From NCBI GenBank assembly GCA_016932815.1, contig JAFGCC010000017.1, positions 3,581 to 67,580 on the forward strand: a stretch of 64,000 nt of DNA, read 5' to 3'. Numbering within the stretch: position 1 is the first letter of the stretch; each line of letters begins with the position of its first letter. The DNA comes from Candidatus Micrarchaeota archaeon (GTDB lineage Archaea; Micrarchaeota; Micrarchaeia; Anstonellales; Bilamarchaeaceae). Below the pieces are notes generated by a model, which saw only the letters and a list, made by a program, of their open reading frames with translations, did no database searches and was not told the origin of the DNA. Of the stretch, positions 1-9,616 are shown piece by piece. A program made the translations under genes and the position numbers.

Positions 1-367
1 GATTGAAACAAGGAAAGCTGAAGCGCAGCTAAGGCTCGCAAGGGAAAAAGACAAGAGCGACCCGGATGTGCTGAAAATGGAGAAATTCGAGAGGGAAATC
101 TCCATGTGGGATTCTCAGCTCCAGCGCCTAATCAAGGGAGTAAGGCCGATGGCGGTGCTTGCATACGCAATGACCTCCTCCCCGGGGATCTCAAAGGAAG
201 CCGCGGTCGCAACCCTGCGCGCGCAGGTGCGCGAACTAAAAGTCCTCCTGCAGAACTCGCTAAACGTGCAGGTAGACCAGCTTGCTGCAGACGAGATGAA
301 GCGCTGTTTCGAGTGGGAATACGCATTCCCCTCAGGGCCCAAGGAATTGGAGGAAGCGCTAATATGA
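1..367 (+). CDS. 5'-truncated ORF (continues upstream of window); alpha-helical/coiled-coil hypothetical protein immediately upstream of HerA-like ATPase
   Basis: Frame containing ORF 68..367 is open from nt 2 (IETRKAEAQLRLAREKDKSDPDVLKMEKF...) with no in-frame stop upstream, so the ATG at 68 is probably internal; stop TGA at 365-367. Confidence 0.5.
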   Translation, partial: IETRKAEAQLRLAREKDKSDPDVLKMEKFEREISMWDSQLQRLIKGVRPMAVLAYAMTSSPGISKEAAVATLRAQVRELKVLLQNSLNVQVDQLAADEMKRCFEWEYAFPSGPKELEEALI

Positions 368-377
368 GGCGGTAAGT

Positions 378-1952
378 GTGGGAAGGCTCGCAGTAAGCAA
401 GGTGCCCAACAAGGATATCTCCAGCAGGAACCTCCTAGTGCATCCTCCGGAGCCGCCAATAGACATCCTCTGCAAGGACCCAACAAACTCAATTTACATA
501 GGAAGGACGAAGATGCTAAACGTCCCCTTCTACTGGAGCTACCAGGACGTTACCAACCCGCACATAGCGGCGGTGGGAATTACCGGTTCGGGTAAATCGT
601 ATTTCATCAAGACCTTTCTCAGCCGCGCTTCGTTTGTGTGGGACTCCAACGCCCTAATCATAGACTGGGCGGGGGAATACCGCGAATGGGTGCGCATGGC
701 GGGAGGAAAGGTAATAGCCCTCGGAAAAGGCTCCTACCTAAACCTCCTGGACCTAGGAGGGATGAAGCCCTATGACCGCATAAAGCAGGTAATGCGCACA
801 ATAGCAATCCTAACCGACATAGACCAGTATCCGGAGCAGAAGCGCCTGACCGAGCAGGCAATAGAAAAGGCATACACGGACAACAAGTTCAAGATGGACG
901 CAAGGGAGCAGCGGGACGAACTGGGAAGGCCCCTGCAGGCTCCCACCCTAAAAGACATAGTAAAAATACTCGAAGAAAAATCCTCGATGGGAACCTACGA
1001 GTTCCCAGCCGAGCTTGAAAACTCAATCTACCGCCTAAAGCAATTCACAAAGCCCGGTGAAGACTTCTTTGCCCAGCAGAGCACAGTAAGCTTAACGGAG
1101 CTAACAGAATCCGGGCTGGTCGCACTGGACCTATCCGGGCTTCCCGATGAGCGCTTCAGGGCGCTAGGGGCATTGGCGATGCTCCAGTTCATCAAGGAGC
1201 GCATGCGCGCAGCAGGCTGGGCGAAAGCCAAGGGCCTGCGCCTCATAGTCGTGCTAGATGAAGCGTGGAAAATCGGAAAAGACGAGAACTCCGATGCGGT
1301 CATGATTGTGCGTGAAGGGCGCAAGTATAACTTCGGATTAATAGTCGCATCGCAAAACCCCACGGACATAGCAGAGGCGGTCTTCTCGAATGTGGGAACA
1401 ACGTTCATACTAAAGGTAAAATTCGAAAAGTTCCTGGACTACCTCCAGGGCTCCCTCAATTTCAGCGAATTCATGAGGGAGGAAATCTCCAAGTTCGGGG
1501 TAGGCTCATGCGCAGTAAACATGTCGTTTTCGAGCGCGGCGCCCTATCCATCAACATTCCTGCTAGACAGGGTGGAAGGGGAAGAGCCCATGCGCGAATT
1601 CTTCCTGGAACTTGGAAAAGTGCTTACAAAGGAGCAGAGAGAGGAGATGGATATGGCAAGGAGTGTTTCGTTTAAGAAGGACAACCTGAAAATAAGGCTC
1701 CGCGAGTTCGGGCTCGGCGAAGCCAGGATAGAGGAAGTGGTTCGCCTCTTCGACCAGAAGAGCAGGCACATGGACATAGTGTCCTTTATCATCCTGCTTG
1801 AGCGCTTCGGGGTGGAGCGCTCCAACATAACCATGTTCCTAAAGGAAGTGGGGATAGAAGACACCACGATAATCAACATCTTCACGATGGCCGACAAGCG
1901 CAAGGCGGATATCCTAGACCGCGACATCACCCAGGTAATATTAGAGGAGTGA
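378..1952 (+). CDS. HerA/VirB4/FtsK-like P-loop NTPase (DUF87-type ATPase)
   Basis: Walker A 'VGITGSGKSY', Walker B 'LIVVLDEAWK', N-terminal 'IGRT..VPFYW' segment typical of HerA-family ATPases; track start is GTG (first in-frame ATG at 513); stop TGA overlaps start of next ORF. Confidence 0.75.
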   Translation: MGRLAVSKVPNKDISSRNLLVHPPEPPIDILCKDPTNSIYIGRTKMLNVPFYWSYQDVTNPHIAAVGITGSGKSYFIKTFLSRASFVWDSNALIIDWAGEYREWVRMAGGKVIALGKGSYLNLLDLGGMKPYDRIKQVMRTIAILTDIDQYPEQKRLTEQAIEKAYTDNKFKMDAREQRDELGRPLQAPTLKDIVKILEEKSSMGTYEFPAELENSIYRLKQFTKPGEDFFAQQSTVSLTELTESGLVALDLSGLPDERFRALGALAMLQFIKERMRAAGWAKAKGLRLIVVLDEAWKIGKDENSDAVMIVREGRKYNFGLIVASQNPTDIAEAVFSNVGTTFILKVKFEKFLDYLQGSLNFSEFMREEISKFGVGSCAVNMSFSSAAPYPSTFLLDRVEGEEPMREFFLELGKVLTKEQREEMDMARSVSFKKDNLKIRLREFGLGEARIEEVVRLFDQKSRHMDIVSFIILLERFGVERSNITMFLKEVGIEDTTIINIFTMADKRKADILDRDITQVILEE

Positions 1953-2494
1953 TCAAGATGGCGAGGATGTGCATAGTAAGCAGGAAGGAAGTCCCCGCAG
2001 GCGAGGGAACCCCAATCCGCGAGGACGCGATAATCCGCACAATACGCGTGATAAAGGGGAAGCTTGGAATCCTCCAGAACAACGAGCTGGTAGTATCAAA
2101 CGAAGCCCTCGAAGAATACACAAAAAAGAGGGAAAAGTTCGAGAAGATGGCGGTAATCCATGCAACAGTCGGAGCAATCCTGGTCGTTGCCTTCATATTC
2201 GGGCCCCTCCTCTTAGGCGCCCCGTTCAACCCCATGGGTGTATTGTTCTCGATAATACTGGGCCTGCTGGTTGCGGCACTGGCCCTCCTAAGCTACGTTC
2301 CCGCCCTAGAAGACGGGAAGGAGAGCACTGTTCCCACTCCCGGGCAGATTGTGAGCAGGCTAATGCCCCGCTCACTCGCAAAAAAGGCGCAGGAAGCGCC
2401 CAAGGCCGAGGCTCCCAAAGAAGCAGCAGCGCCCGCAAAGAAGGCCCCCCCAAAGCCCGCCAAGAAGCCTTATAAGAGGGGAAAGAGGAAGTGA
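1949..2494 (+). CDS. small membrane protein: 2 predicted TM helices plus Lys/Pro/Ala-rich basic C-terminal tail (histone-H1-like 'AKKAPPKPAKKPYKRGKRK')
   Basis: Hydrophobic stretches 'AVIHATVGAILVVAFIFGPLLLGA' and 'VLFSIILGLLVAALALLSYV'; GTG at 1949 overlaps ATPase stop, ATG at 1958; translational coupling. Confidence 0.6.
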   Translation: MIKMARMCIVSRKEVPAGEGTPIREDAIIRTIRVIKGKLGILQNNELVVSNEALEEYTKKREKFEKMAVIHATVGAILVVAFIFGPLLLGAPFNPMGVLFSIILGLLVAALALLSYVPALEDGKESTVPTPGQIVSRLMPRSLAKKAQEAPKAEAPKEAAAPAKKAPPKPAKKPYKRGKRK

Positions 2495-2500
2495 TGGACA

Positions 2501-3229
2501 ATGGCAGAAGAATCATCTTTGGCACCAAAAGTAGACGGCTTTAGAATGAAAGTGAAGCTCAAGGGAAAAGTCTCCGAGGTTGCAGCCGCCCTCAATTCGG
2601 TCTCATTCCTAAAAATCGCGCAGGAAAAAGAGGGCGTAGATGCCGCCTACGTTGAGAGCAGGAGCATAGACAAAACCCCCTACCTTTTCTCCCTAATGAA
2701 GTTCAAGCAGGACGAAATAGAGGTCGTATACACGGTCCCCTCAAACAATTCCCCTACCAAGAGGAAGCTTGACGTCCTGCGCTACCTGCTCAACCTGCTA
2801 ACCCTCGTTGAGCCCTACTATTCGATAGACAACAAGGTGGTATACCAGCTAATAGAAGAAACGATGATGCAGTTGGAAGAATACACCACCGGCGACTACA
2901 AGAAGCTCTACAAGGAGTACGACGTCCTAAAGCGCGAGGTGGAGAACCTTAGGCGCTCTTCTCGCATATACAAGACGCAGGTAAAGAGCCTCACAAAGGA
3001 GAACTATGAACTCAAGAACGAAAACGACGAACTCAAGGTGCGCTTCGAAAAGCTCCACGGAGGCGTTTCCGACAGCGTCCTGATGTCGAAGCTCCAGGAG
3101 TGGATTGCAGAGCACTCAGGCAGCGTAAACATCGTCGAGTTCGCAAAATACAACCGGGTTCCCGAAGCAAGGGTTGAAGACGCGCTAAACACGCTGGTTC
3201 GGCAGGGGTACCTGGAGCAGGTCCAGTGA
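2501..3229 (+). CDS. coiled-coil protein with C-terminal winged-helix-like domain
   Basis: Heptad-rich segment 'LKREVENLRRSSRIYKTQVKSLTKENYELKNENDELKVRFEKL' followed by 'VNIVEFAKYNRVPEARVEDALNTLVRQGYLEQV' (wHTH-like); stop overlaps next gene start. Confidence 0.55.
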   Translation: MAEESSLAPKVDGFRMKVKLKGKVSEVAAALNSVSFLKIAQEKEGVDAAYVESRSIDKTPYLFSLMKFKQDEIEVVYTVPSNNSPTKRKLDVLRYLLNLLTLVEPYYSIDNKVVYQLIEETMMQLEEYTTGDYKKLYKEYDVLKREVENLRRSSRIYKTQVKSLTKENYELKNENDELKVRFEKLHGGVSDSVLMSKLQEWIAEHSGSVNIVEFAKYNRVPEARVEDALNTLVRQGYLEQVQ

Positions 3230-5790
3230 GCAAAATGGATGGCATAGAAGGGCTTAGGATACGCAAGCGTTCTTTCTCGTTCGGGATAAAGCACAAGTAT
3301 TCCCCCGAACTCAAATTCAGGAAGGTCGAAAAGACCGTGGGAGAGAGGCTGCTAGAATCAATAAGCGCGCTCTCAAAGCCCAAGGAGAAAGTGGTGCTAG
3401 AAGGTGCGCAGGAGGCAAAGGAAGGGCTTGAAGAGGAATCCAATAACAACAACCACAAGCCCGCCCCAAAGCCGCTGATTAGCCCCCGCAATGTCCGCAG
3501 GATAGGGGGGGCAATCTTCCTCCTCCTTCTCCTCTCCGCTTCCGGGATAATCTACTTCCAGTCCATGGTTTCCGCCGCGGAGATTGTAGTGAACCCGCCC
3601 GTAACCTCTTTCGTTTCGGCAGAGGTCACCGCGCAGGACCTCCTTACTGCGAGCAAGGAGGGATTCTGGCGCCAGCCCTACCATAGCGCATATTTAAGGC
3701 TGGATGCGGAAGCGGGAGGAATAGATGAACTCCCGGTAACCGTGAACGTCTATGACAGGGTCGTTCCCTCATCCGTTTACCTTTTGCGCAGCTACCGCTA
3801 CCAGGCGGAGAACTACCCTCAATTCATCTCAGTACTCCGCGCAAACCTCTCTAGGTGGGGAATTAGCATAAACGAAGTGGGGCTAGACGAACTAGGCTCA
3901 CTGCCCTCCCAGTCATTGGTAATTGTCCCAAGCGGCTACATCCCTTCAGAAATGCTAATTGGGAGCGACACTAAGATAAGCGCCCTCCTCCAGAGAGGCG
4001 TTACAGTAATATACATGGGCCAGCCCTTCAACCGCATGTACAGCACAGAAGGAAGCGTGGTTCCGGGGAACACCGGATACCTCTCGCCCCTTCTGCTGCG
4101 CTTTGAAGAGGGCGTGTCCCTGCCCACCACTTCGGGCTTCCACCTAAAGAGCCCGCTATACTCGGTTGGCGACATCCGCGTAATGGGCTCTGCAAGCGTG
4201 GCCTATTTCGGCACGGGTGCAATGGTGTTCCTCCCCCAGACTCTTGATGGAGGCTGGTCTTCGCCGGAGTTCGCCGCAGACGACGTGCAGAAACTAATAC
4301 TTGAACTCCCCTGGCTCTCCCCGATAAGCACGGATTCGGGCAACCTCTCTTTTGTAAACGGGAGTGCCACTTCCGAATACTTTACCACCTCCTTCCTAGG
4401 AGACGGGGTGTATGCGCACTTACAAGCATACGACAATGCCACGGGCAACGGGTTCAATGAGGTAGTCTACCTGGAAAAGAGCACCCGCGGCGAAATCTAC
4501 ACTCTCGGGCACAGCATCTCGCCTTCGGCAATCGGCTCCACCCAGATGGACGTGGTAGTAGAGCTAAAAGAGGCGGGGGGAGAAGAGAGGCTCTTCTTCT
4601 CGGTGGTGCAGGACCTGCTTGAAGTTGGCCGCGAGCCAGTATCATCTAGCAAGCTCGCCCTCAATTCCGATGCGACTTTCTCATACACGTTTTCCCTCTC
4701 CCCGGGAGATTACATCCTCAACATCGTGGACAACGATGGCCGCAGGTATGCTAGGGCATACATGAGGGCAGGGGACGTTTCCATAGTAAGCGGGTATAGC
4801 CGCTACTCAAACGACCAGTACGAATTCAAGTTCTACGCGGACGGCAAGCCCCTCTCCCTCACAGGCGACGTATTCCTTGAGGGCTATTCCACCCCCACCC
4901 ACTTTGAGAATGCGCAGTCGGTGGTAGTGGATGCGGCAACCGTTGCGGGCGGCCCCCTCGCGGTAAACGAGGACCACGAGTTCCGCTTTGAAATAAAAGA
5001 ATACGAAACGACCGTAACAATCCGGAAGAGGGGGACTACCTCCATACTAACTAGCCCGTTCCTCCTAGGCGCAGTGGGAATCGCGGTTCTGGCTTTGGGA
5101 GTCGGTTTCCTCTTTGCGAGGAAGGGAGTGGCAATGTACGGCCTTGACATACCCGACTTCCCGCCCCAGAGCACGATAAAAGTGCCGCTTTCCAAGGAGA
5201 AGCTCCTTGGAGTCTTTACCAAGATAAACGAGCGCTACCGCTGGAAGAACACGCCGCTCAAACTAAGCGAAATCAAGCTGGGCTTCAAGGACCTCCTCCA
5301 TGAGGGCAAGCCGATATTCATCAGCGATTACAACCTAGAATACCTCCTCTCGCGCCTTGTGGGAATGGACCTGGTAAAAAGGGAAATCGACTATTACGGC
5401 CTATCTTCGTGGGAAGGGGAAACCGGAAAGAGCATCCGCTATCTTGCCTCCTTTAGGAAGCTCCGCGACATCTGCATAAACAACGCGGTGCCCTTTACCG
5501 CCATGGGCAAGGGCAAGGACTACGACTCTAAGATAACAGTGCTCGGCCAGGACATATTCGTCCACCTATACGACGATGCTAGCAGGGTAATACCAAACGC
5601 ATTGTCTTCGCTGCAAAACGGGATGAACATAGTCCTCTTTGAAGAGGAAGCGGAAAAGAGCGAGTTCTACGAATACCTCTCAAGCGGCTACCGCGGCGCA
5701 ACCGCGCTGAAACTTGAGGTGCAGGCAGGCTCAATCCTGATGAAGACCTGGGAAGAATTCGCGCAGATGATAAAGGAGATGAAAGTTTAG
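3226..5790 (+). CDS. large membrane protein: cytoplasmic N-term (~95 aa), TM, ~500-aa extracytoplasmic domain, TM, ~220-aa C-terminal domain
   Basis: TM candidates 'IGGAIFLLLLLSASGIIYF' and 'ILTSPFLLGAVGIAVLALGVGFLFA'; GTG at 3226 overlapping previous stop, ATG at 3235; last gene of coupled cluster. Confidence 0.6.
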   Translation: MSKMDGIEGLRIRKRSFSFGIKHKYSPELKFRKVEKTVGERLLESISALSKPKEKVVLEGAQEAKEGLEEESNNNNHKPAPKPLISPRNVRRIGGAIFLLLLLSASGIIYFQSMVSAAEIVVNPPVTSFVSAEVTAQDLLTASKEGFWRQPYHSAYLRLDAEAGGIDELPVTVNVYDRVVPSSVYLLRSYRYQAENYPQFISVLRANLSRWGISINEVGLDELGSLPSQSLVIVPSGYIPSEMLIGSDTKISALLQRGVTVIYMGQPFNRMYSTEGSVVPGNTGYLSPLLLRFEEGVSLPTTSGFHLKSPLYSVGDIRVMGSASVAYFGTGAMVFLPQTLDGGWSSPEFAADDVQKLILELPWLSPISTDSGNLSFVNGSATSEYFTTSFLGDGVYAHLQAYDNATGNGFNEVVYLEKSTRGEIYTLGHSISPSAIGSTQMDVVVELKEAGGEERLFFSVVQDLLEVGREPVSSSKLALNSDATFSYTFSLSPGDYILNIVDNDGRRYARAYMRAGDVSIVSGYSRYSNDQYEFKFYADGKPLSLTGDVFLEGYSTPTHFENAQSVVVDAATVAGGPLAVNEDHEFRFEIKEYETTVTIRKRGTTSILTSPFLLGAVGIAVLALGVGFLFARKGVAMYGLDIPDFPPQSTIKVPLSKEKLLGVFTKINERYRWKNTPLKLSEIKLGFKDLLHEGKPIFISDYNLEYLLSRLVGMDLVKREIDYYGLSSWEGETGKSIRYLASFRKLRDICINNAVPFTAMGKGKDYDSKITVLGQDIFVHLYDDASRVIPNALSSLQNGMNIVLFEEEAEKSEFYEYLSSGYRGATALKLEVQAGSILMKTWEEFAQMIKEMKV

Positions 5791-5791
5791 T

Positions 5792-6961
5792 TCAACCCTT
5801 CCCCTTTTCCTTCTCTTTCCCTTTCTCGTTTTCCAGTATCAGGGAGTAGAATTCCAGGAGCGCTTCCACCCTCCTATCCGAGTCGTACTCTTTTGCGATT
5901 TCCTTTCCCCTCTCTCCTAGTTCATCGCGGTTTTCCAGAGCAAGGAGCAGCTTTTCGCGGAAATCAACTTCTTCGCGGAAGAGGTATCCGGATTTCCCAT
6001 CTTCCACGAAATCGCTTGAGCCTGAGCGCTCAGGCGCAACCACCGGAAGCCCCGCGGACATGGCCTCAAGCGCCACTAGCCCCTGGGTATCAAAATAGGA
6101 TGGGAACGCAAACACGTCCCCCGCAGCATAATAGTCCGGCAGCTCCTTTTTGGGCACAAAGCCCGCAAAAATGAAGTGCTCCCCCAATCCCTTGATTTTG
6201 ACCATGTTCTTGTAGTGCTCTTCTGCTGGCCCCTGCCCCACTATCAGGAATGCCACATTCGGCTTCTTGTTTATGATTGATTCGGCTTCGTTTATCAGGA
6301 GTTCCAGGTTCTTCTCCTTTACAATCCTGCCAACGTGCAGGATGATTTTCTTCTTTCCCAAACGATACCTCTTCCTAACCCACTCCCCCTCCCCCTTGCT
6401 ATAAAACTTGTAATCCATCCCGGCGGGGATTATCACGGTATTGCTTATCCCGTGCTCCTCCAAGGTTTTCCTGGTGAATTCGCTTGGCACGATTACTTTC
6501 TTGAAGAATTTGTAATACCATCTTAGGTATTTCCATGCAACGTCCTCGAAGACTTTCTGCATTCCATGGCTGCTAGTAAGGTAATGGGTAGCGCTTGGGA
6601 CCATCGTATGGAAAGATGCGATGCAGGGCTTTTTTAGCTCCTTTGCGCAGTCTATTGCCGCAAGCCCGGTAGTCGCAATCCCGTGCGAATGTATGAGGTC
6701 AACACCCATCCCCTTAAGCAGCTTTTTGGCAGAGGGGAACGGGAACAGCGCAAGCCGATAATCCGGGTACGGCTTGAAGGATGCGGAAGTAAAGTAATAG
6801 ACGTTCTCATCCCTGTTCTCCTTTTTCTGCTTCTTGGTTCCGGGCGTGAGTATGATCACCTCGTGCCCCCTTTTCTCCAGGCCCTTCCTGAAATTGAGCA
6901 GGCAGGTAACCACCCCGTCGTTGTTGGGCAGGTAAGTGTCGGTAAAGTATGCGATTTTCAT
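5792..6961 (-). CDS. GT4-family glycosyltransferase
   Basis: C-terminal GT-B motif 'FDTQGLVALEAMSAGLPVVAPERSGSSDFVEDGKSGYLF'; low-complexity EKGKEKEKGKG tail. Confidence 0.8.
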   Translation of the reverse strand: MKIAYFTDTYLPNNDGVVTCLLNFRKGLEKRGHEVIILTPGTKKQKKENRDENVYYFTSASFKPYPDYRLALFPFPSAKKLLKGMGVDLIHSHGIATTGLAAIDCAKELKKPCIASFHTMVPSATHYLTSSHGMQKVFEDVAWKYLRWYYKFFKKVIVPSEFTRKTLEEHGISNTVIIPAGMDYKFYSKGEGEWVRKRYRLGKKKIILHVGRIVKEKNLELLINEAESIINKKPNVAFLIVGQGPAEEHYKNMVKIKGLGEHFIFAGFVPKKELPDYYAAGDVFAFPSYFDTQGLVALEAMSAGLPVVAPERSGSSDFVEDGKSGYLFREEVDFREKLLLALENRDELGERGKEIAKEYDSDRRVEALLEFYSLILENEKGKEKEKGKG

Positions 6962-7839
6962 TACATCTGCTCCAGCGCCTTCTCAATTGCGGGCTTTATG
7001 GAAATCTCCGATGCTTCTGTTTCTATGCTGTCGGTTACGAACACTTTCTCGCATTCTTCTCTGAGCTTCTTTAGCGAATCCTTGAGGAAGAACCCGTGGG
7101 TTGCAGCGCAGATTACCTTCTTTGCGCCGCCCTTTTTCACGTTCTCAACCGCCTTTAGCATGGTTGAGCCTGTGGAAATCATGTCGTCGATTATCAAGAC
7201 GCATTTTCCCCCTACGTCCTTTTCCATCTCCATCTTGCCTATCCCCCTGTAGATTTCGCCTTCTTCGCCTCCAGCGGCCCCTTCTCCTTCCCCGTATCCC
7301 GCCCTCACTTTCTTCATGCTGCTTCCCCCAAACTCTTTTACCAGGTAGTTTGCGCCTTCATCCGGGCTCATGATTTCCAGCTCCCCGCCCGCAATCTCCC
7401 GCGCCCTCCCTATTATTTCCTTGTTCATAGAGAGGTTGGTTATCTTCAACCCCCCGTATTCGAATTCCCCTTCCCTCTTTAGGAAGTGGCAGTCAAAAGT
7501 GATTAGGTGGCTTACCCCCTGCTCCCGAAGGGTTTCGCAGAGGATTTCCGCGCTCTTTACCTCCCCTTCCTTGAATGTCTTGTCCTGCCTCGAATAGGGG
7601 AGATATGGAACGACCAGCGTTATGCTCCGAGCCTTGTTCTCCCGCAATGCCCTCAATACCAGGAGTGTTTGGAATATCGCGGAATCCTGGTTTGGGTACA
7701 GCCTGGTAAACAGGATGGCGTTCTTCCCCATGGCTTCTTTAGCATTTGGAACCCTCACATACGAATCCCCATCTGGGAACTGCCTTATTTCCACATTTGG
7801 CTCATATATCCCTGAGAATGAGGGGCACACGACCTTCAT
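6961..7839 (-). CDS. prs: ribose-phosphate pyrophosphokinase
   Basis: PRPP-binding loop 'VLIIDDMISTGSTM'; N-terminal 'VRVPNAKEAMGKNAILFT'. Confidence 0.85.
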   Translation of the reverse strand: MKVVCPSFSGIYEPNVEIRQFPDGDSYVRVPNAKEAMGKNAILFTRLYPNQDSAIFQTLLVLRALRENKARSITLVVPYLPYSRQDKTFKEGEVKSAEILCETLREQGVSHLITFDCHFLKREGEFEYGGLKITNLSMNKEIIGRAREIAGGELEIMSPDEGANYLVKEFGGSSMKKVRAGYGEGEGAAGGEEGEIYRGIGKMEMEKDVGGKCVLIIDDMISTGSTMLKAVENVKKGGAKKVICAATHGFFLKDSLKKLREECEKVFVTDSIETEASEISIKPAIEKALEQM

Positions 7840-7905
7840 AGGCTAGAAAAAGGACGGAAAACGTTTAAAAGGAGGCAGGCGGGCCCGAAAATCCCAGATT
7901 AAGCG

Positions 7906-8808
7906 CTACTTCCTGCCCTCTAGGATTTTCTTTATGATTGCCATCCGAACCGGCACGCCGCACCTTGCCTGTTCAAGATACCTAGCCTGCGGGCTTGCTG
8001 CAACTTCGGGTGGAATCTCGTCTCTTTTGGGAAGAGGGTGCAAGAGAATCATCCCCTCTTTTGCGGCCTCCAGGTATCCGGGCTTTATCGTGTAGCCCTT
8101 TTTCGCCTCTTCTGCTTCACTCTTGTTTGCAAACCTCTCTTCCTGCACCCTGCAAACGTAAGCCACGTCCGCAGTTGAAAAATCTATCTTCGTAGTTTCC
8201 TCTATCTCCGCCCCGTATTTCTCCTTTGCTTCCTCTATTGCCTCTTTGGGCATCCCAAGCCCCGTTGGGGAAGCAAGCTTCACTTTTGCCCCGAACATCG
8301 CCAGGCCGTACATCAGGGGGCGCATGACCCTTGCGTATTTTAGGTCCCCCACCAGGTGCACTTCCAGCCCCTCAATTTTCCCCTTCATCTTCTTTATCGC
8401 ATACAAATCCAGGAGGGTCTGGGAGGGGTGCTGGTTTGAGCCGTCCCCCGCGTTTATCACAGGGGATTCTGCGTATTTTGCCGCAAGTTCCGCAGAACCC
8501 TCCTCAGGGTGCCGAATCACCAAAACATCCGCATAATTGTCTATCATCCTTATTGTGTCCTCAAAGCTCTCGCCCTTCTTTATTGAGCTCCTCTCAGCCG
8601 AAAAGTCAATTACGTCCAGCCCCAGGCGGTGGGATGCGGACTGGAAGGAGAGTTTCGTCCGGGTTGATGGCTCAAAAAACAGGGTTGCGACTATCCCGTC
8701 ATGCTTCTTTACTTTCCCCTCTTTTAGCTGCTCCTCCATTTTCCGCGCGTCTTCTAGATAGCGCTCTATCTCTTCTTTGCCCAGGTCCATGAATGATATT
8801 AGGTCCAT
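7906..8808 (-). CDS. pyrB: aspartate carbamoyltransferase catalytic subunit
   Basis: 'STRTKLSFQSA' (STRTR motif), 'HPSQ', 'LVGDLKYARV' more ATCase-like than OTC-like. Confidence 0.8.
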   Translation of the reverse strand: MDLISFMDLGKEEIERYLEDARKMEEQLKEGKVKKHDGIVATLFFEPSTRTKLSFQSASHRLGLDVIDFSAERSSIKKGESFEDTIRMIDNYADVLVIRHPEEGSAELAAKYAESPVINAGDGSNQHPSQTLLDLYAIKKMKGKIEGLEVHLVGDLKYARVMRPLMYGLAMFGAKVKLASPTGLGMPKEAIEEAKEKYGAEIEETTKIDFSTADVAYVCRVQEERFANKSEAEEAKKGYTIKPGYLEAAKEGMILLHPLPKRDEIPPEVAASPQARYLEQARCGVPVRMAIIKKILEGRK

Positions 8809-8935
8809 CTTTCCCGCCTTCTGCGCTTATGCCTCCAAAGGCATAAATACGCCTGCTATCCCTTCATGGATAAAGTATTTATTCCTAAGAGTATCTATAT
8901 CCTCCTCGGTTTCGGTTTTTCCGGGGGTTTTTTGC

Positions 8936-9514
8936 ATGGATTCGAACAAAATTTTGCTTTTTGAGGGCGTGGATGGCTGCGGAAAGGACACCCAGATTGC
9001 CCTGCTCAAGGAAAAGATGGATTTTGCCCACTTCAAGTATCCCACGCACAACTTTCCCATACTCTGGGAATTCCTGCAGAAAAAGCGCACACTATCCGAG
9101 AAGGCGCTCTTCCACCTCTTCCTAGCAGACATTGCAGAGGAGCAGGAAAAGCTCTCCTCCACGGCAGGATTGCGCGTAATAGACCGCTATGTCCTCTCCA
9201 CTATTGCCTATGATTCCCATTATTCGTACGAGGATGCAAAAAGAATCGTTTCCGCCTCATCCTTTATTGCGCCGGACATCGTGTTCCTCCTGGATTTGCC
9301 TCCGGAAGTTGCGCAGGAGCGCAAGATGAAGCAGAAGCAGTCCGAGGAAGTTGAGCCAGACCGCTACGACTTGGACGTTGCGCGCCTCTCCAGAGTGCGC
9401 GAGCGCTTCCTAAAGCTCGCAGGGGATTCCTTTTTGTGCAAAAAATGGGTTGTTCTTGATGCCACAAAACCGATAGAAGGGCTGCACAAGGAGATACTCA
9501 GCCACCTGCAATAA
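8936..9514 (+). CDS. tmk: thymidylate kinase
   Basis: P-loop 'FEGVDGCGKDTQ' characteristic of Tmk; track ORF 8777..9514 has a long N-terminal extension overlapping pyrB start, so ATG at 8936 chosen. Confidence 0.8.
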   Translation: MDSNKILLFEGVDGCGKDTQIALLKEKMDFAHFKYPTHNFPILWEFLQKKRTLSEKALFHLFLADIAEEQEKLSSTAGLRVIDRYVLSTIAYDSHYSYEDAKRIVSASSFIAPDIVFLLDLPPEVAQERKMKQKQSEEVEPDRYDLDVARLSRVRERFLKLAGDSFLCKKWVVLDATKPIEGLHKEILSHLQ

Positions 9515-9541
9515 TGCGTTTTCAAAAAGGAAGAGGATAAT

Positions 9542-9616
9542 TGCTCCCACCGGGATTCGAACCCGGGCTACCGGAGTGAAAGTCCGGTGTCCTTGACCGG
9601 GCTAGACAATAGGAGC
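9542..9616 (-). tRNA. tRNA-Glu (anticodon UUC)
   Basis: Minus-strand sequence GCTCCTATTGTCTAGCCCGGTCAAGGACACCGGACTTTCACTCCGGTAGCCCGGGTTCGAATCCCGGTGGGAGCA folds as cloverleaf: 7-bp acceptor stem, anticodon stem CCGGA/TCCGG with loop CTTTCAC, T-arm GGTTCGAATCC. Confidence 0.85.

Noticed and set aside
68-367. ORF-track call of a complete 99-aa ORF starting at ATG 68
   Set aside because: The same frame is open back to nt 2 with no stop, so the gene most likely begins upstream of the window. Reported as a 5'-truncated CDS instead.
1969-2475. Alternative 168-aa frame overlapping the small membrane-protein gene
   Set aside because: Arg/Pro/Gly-rich low-complexity translation. The chosen frame gives two clean TM helices and translational coupling to the ATPase stop.
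8777-8935. N-terminal 53-codon extension of tmk in the track ORF
   Set aside because: Overlaps the pyrB start on the opposite strand and lacks Tmk homology. The P-loop begins right after the internal Met at 8936.
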